Shown in pieces: positions 62,919 to 64,000 of a stretch of 64,000 bases of DNA. Where the stretch lies: assembly GCF_004010195.1 (NCBI RefSeq), contig NC_057753.1:13257979-13321978 (forward strand). Direction: 5' to 3'. The first letter of the stretch is position 1, and every line of letters starts with the position of its first letter. The notes beneath the pieces are model-generated. The model had not been told where the DNA came from. It saw nothing but the letters and a program-made list of their open reading frames with translations, and did no database searches. Position numbers and translations under genes: made by a program. This DNA comes from Chiloscyllium plagiosum (taxonomy: Eukaryota).

Positions 62919-63210
62919 AATAAAAGAAATCTGGAATTAAAAATCAAATGTTGATTGCCTGAAAAACCAGGACAAAATAGCCTCTTAACTTGCTTGTAAA
63001 TTAGCAGTGGAACGATTGAGTGAATCTCTTCCCACACGTGAAGCGGGGAAATAGACTCAAGTTCATGTTAGGAAGCAGCTATTTACCTGCTTCATGTATG
63101 GGAAGAGAATCACTCAGTCATCCCATCACTGATTCATAAGCAACTTAAGAGGCTATTTTGTCTTGGTTGTTCAATCAACATTAGATTTTTAATTCCAGAT
63201 TTCTTTTATT
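62919..63210. repeat. Imperfect ~135-bp inverted repeat with a 24-nt loop, partly ZNF-derived
   Basis: 62919-63054 is approximately the reverse complement of 63079-63210. Confidence 0.9.
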
Positions 63211-64000
63211 TCAAAACCAAATTCTACCATTTATCCATAGTAGAATTTGAACCCTGGCTCCCAGGAATGTTACTAGGGTGTCTGGATTAATATCACTCAG
63301 CCCTCAACTCCTCCTTATTCTGGCTACAAAAAAAAAGTTTCAGATGGCAGCGTAAGTCTTCAACTACTGGAACGAGACTTGGAATGAATTATATTAACAA
63401 AGGAGGGATTTTGAGATAACAACCCCAACTTAGGAACTCAATTCCAAAGGAGTGTCAGATTGAACTGGAAACTTTATCTTTGTTTCTCTCTCCACAGACG
63501 CTACGAGACGTGCTGAGTTTCTCCACCAGATACCAATGCCAGGCAGCAAGCAAGCACAGGGGTGATGGGTGAGCAGAGCTTGGTGTGGGAAAGCTCATGA
63601 GCAGCAGAGTTTTGAAGATCTCATGCATCCAGGTGAGAGACTAGTCAGGAATGGTAAAATTGCAATGGTAAAATTTAACACTGGCTTGGATGAGGGTTTC
63701 ACTAGCCGTTGGGTTATGGTCAGGTGGCAATGGATAACATGGAGAGTAAAGTATCTGGGACTATATATTGTGTAAAGTCAGAAGCTCATCCTGGGGTTAA
63801 ATATGAGACTGAGATAATGAACCGTATGGTTCAGTGTCATAGTTCCAAAAGAGAGGGTCAGTTCAGGATCATAATTTTGTAATGACATTTTGTAATGGTG
63901 CCTTTGATCTCCCCAGTTTTTAATTAGAGGATATTTCTTCTCCGATACTGAATTTGGGTTAATCAGTCTGATCGTTTAGTGACAGTGAAGGAATGGATAT

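Overview
This is vertebrate genomic DNA, most likely from a shark (elasmobranch), inferred from the HE1-like SINEs, HER1/CR1 LINEs and Penelope-like repeats. The window holds a cluster of tandem C2H2 zinc-finger genes with no KRAB-like domain visible in their ORFs: five intact finger arrays of 13-16 units and at least six decayed ones. Three CpG-island promoters carry YY1/NRF1 motifs, and two of them look bidirectional. The rest is dense in CR1 LINEs (one near full length), HE1-like SINEs, Penelope-like (PLE) fragments, a Tigger-like DNA transposon and an ERV env plus LTR remnant. The most notable signal outside the ORF track is a set of four sequence families of minimal type I hammerhead ribozyme motifs (CUGAnGA...GAAA with a palindromic helix III). 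Several sit in 89-135 bp insertions with 9-16 bp flanking direct repeats, so they look like ribozyme-bearing micro-retroelements. Other observations: a conserved C-terminal peptide after the last finger that is switched on or off by a CGA/TGA/CAA codon, a duplicated head-to-head ZNF cassette, a perfect 115-bp inverted templated insertion, and a ZNF-derived hairpin. All calls were made by eye, and repeat boundaries are approximate unless a TSD is quoted.
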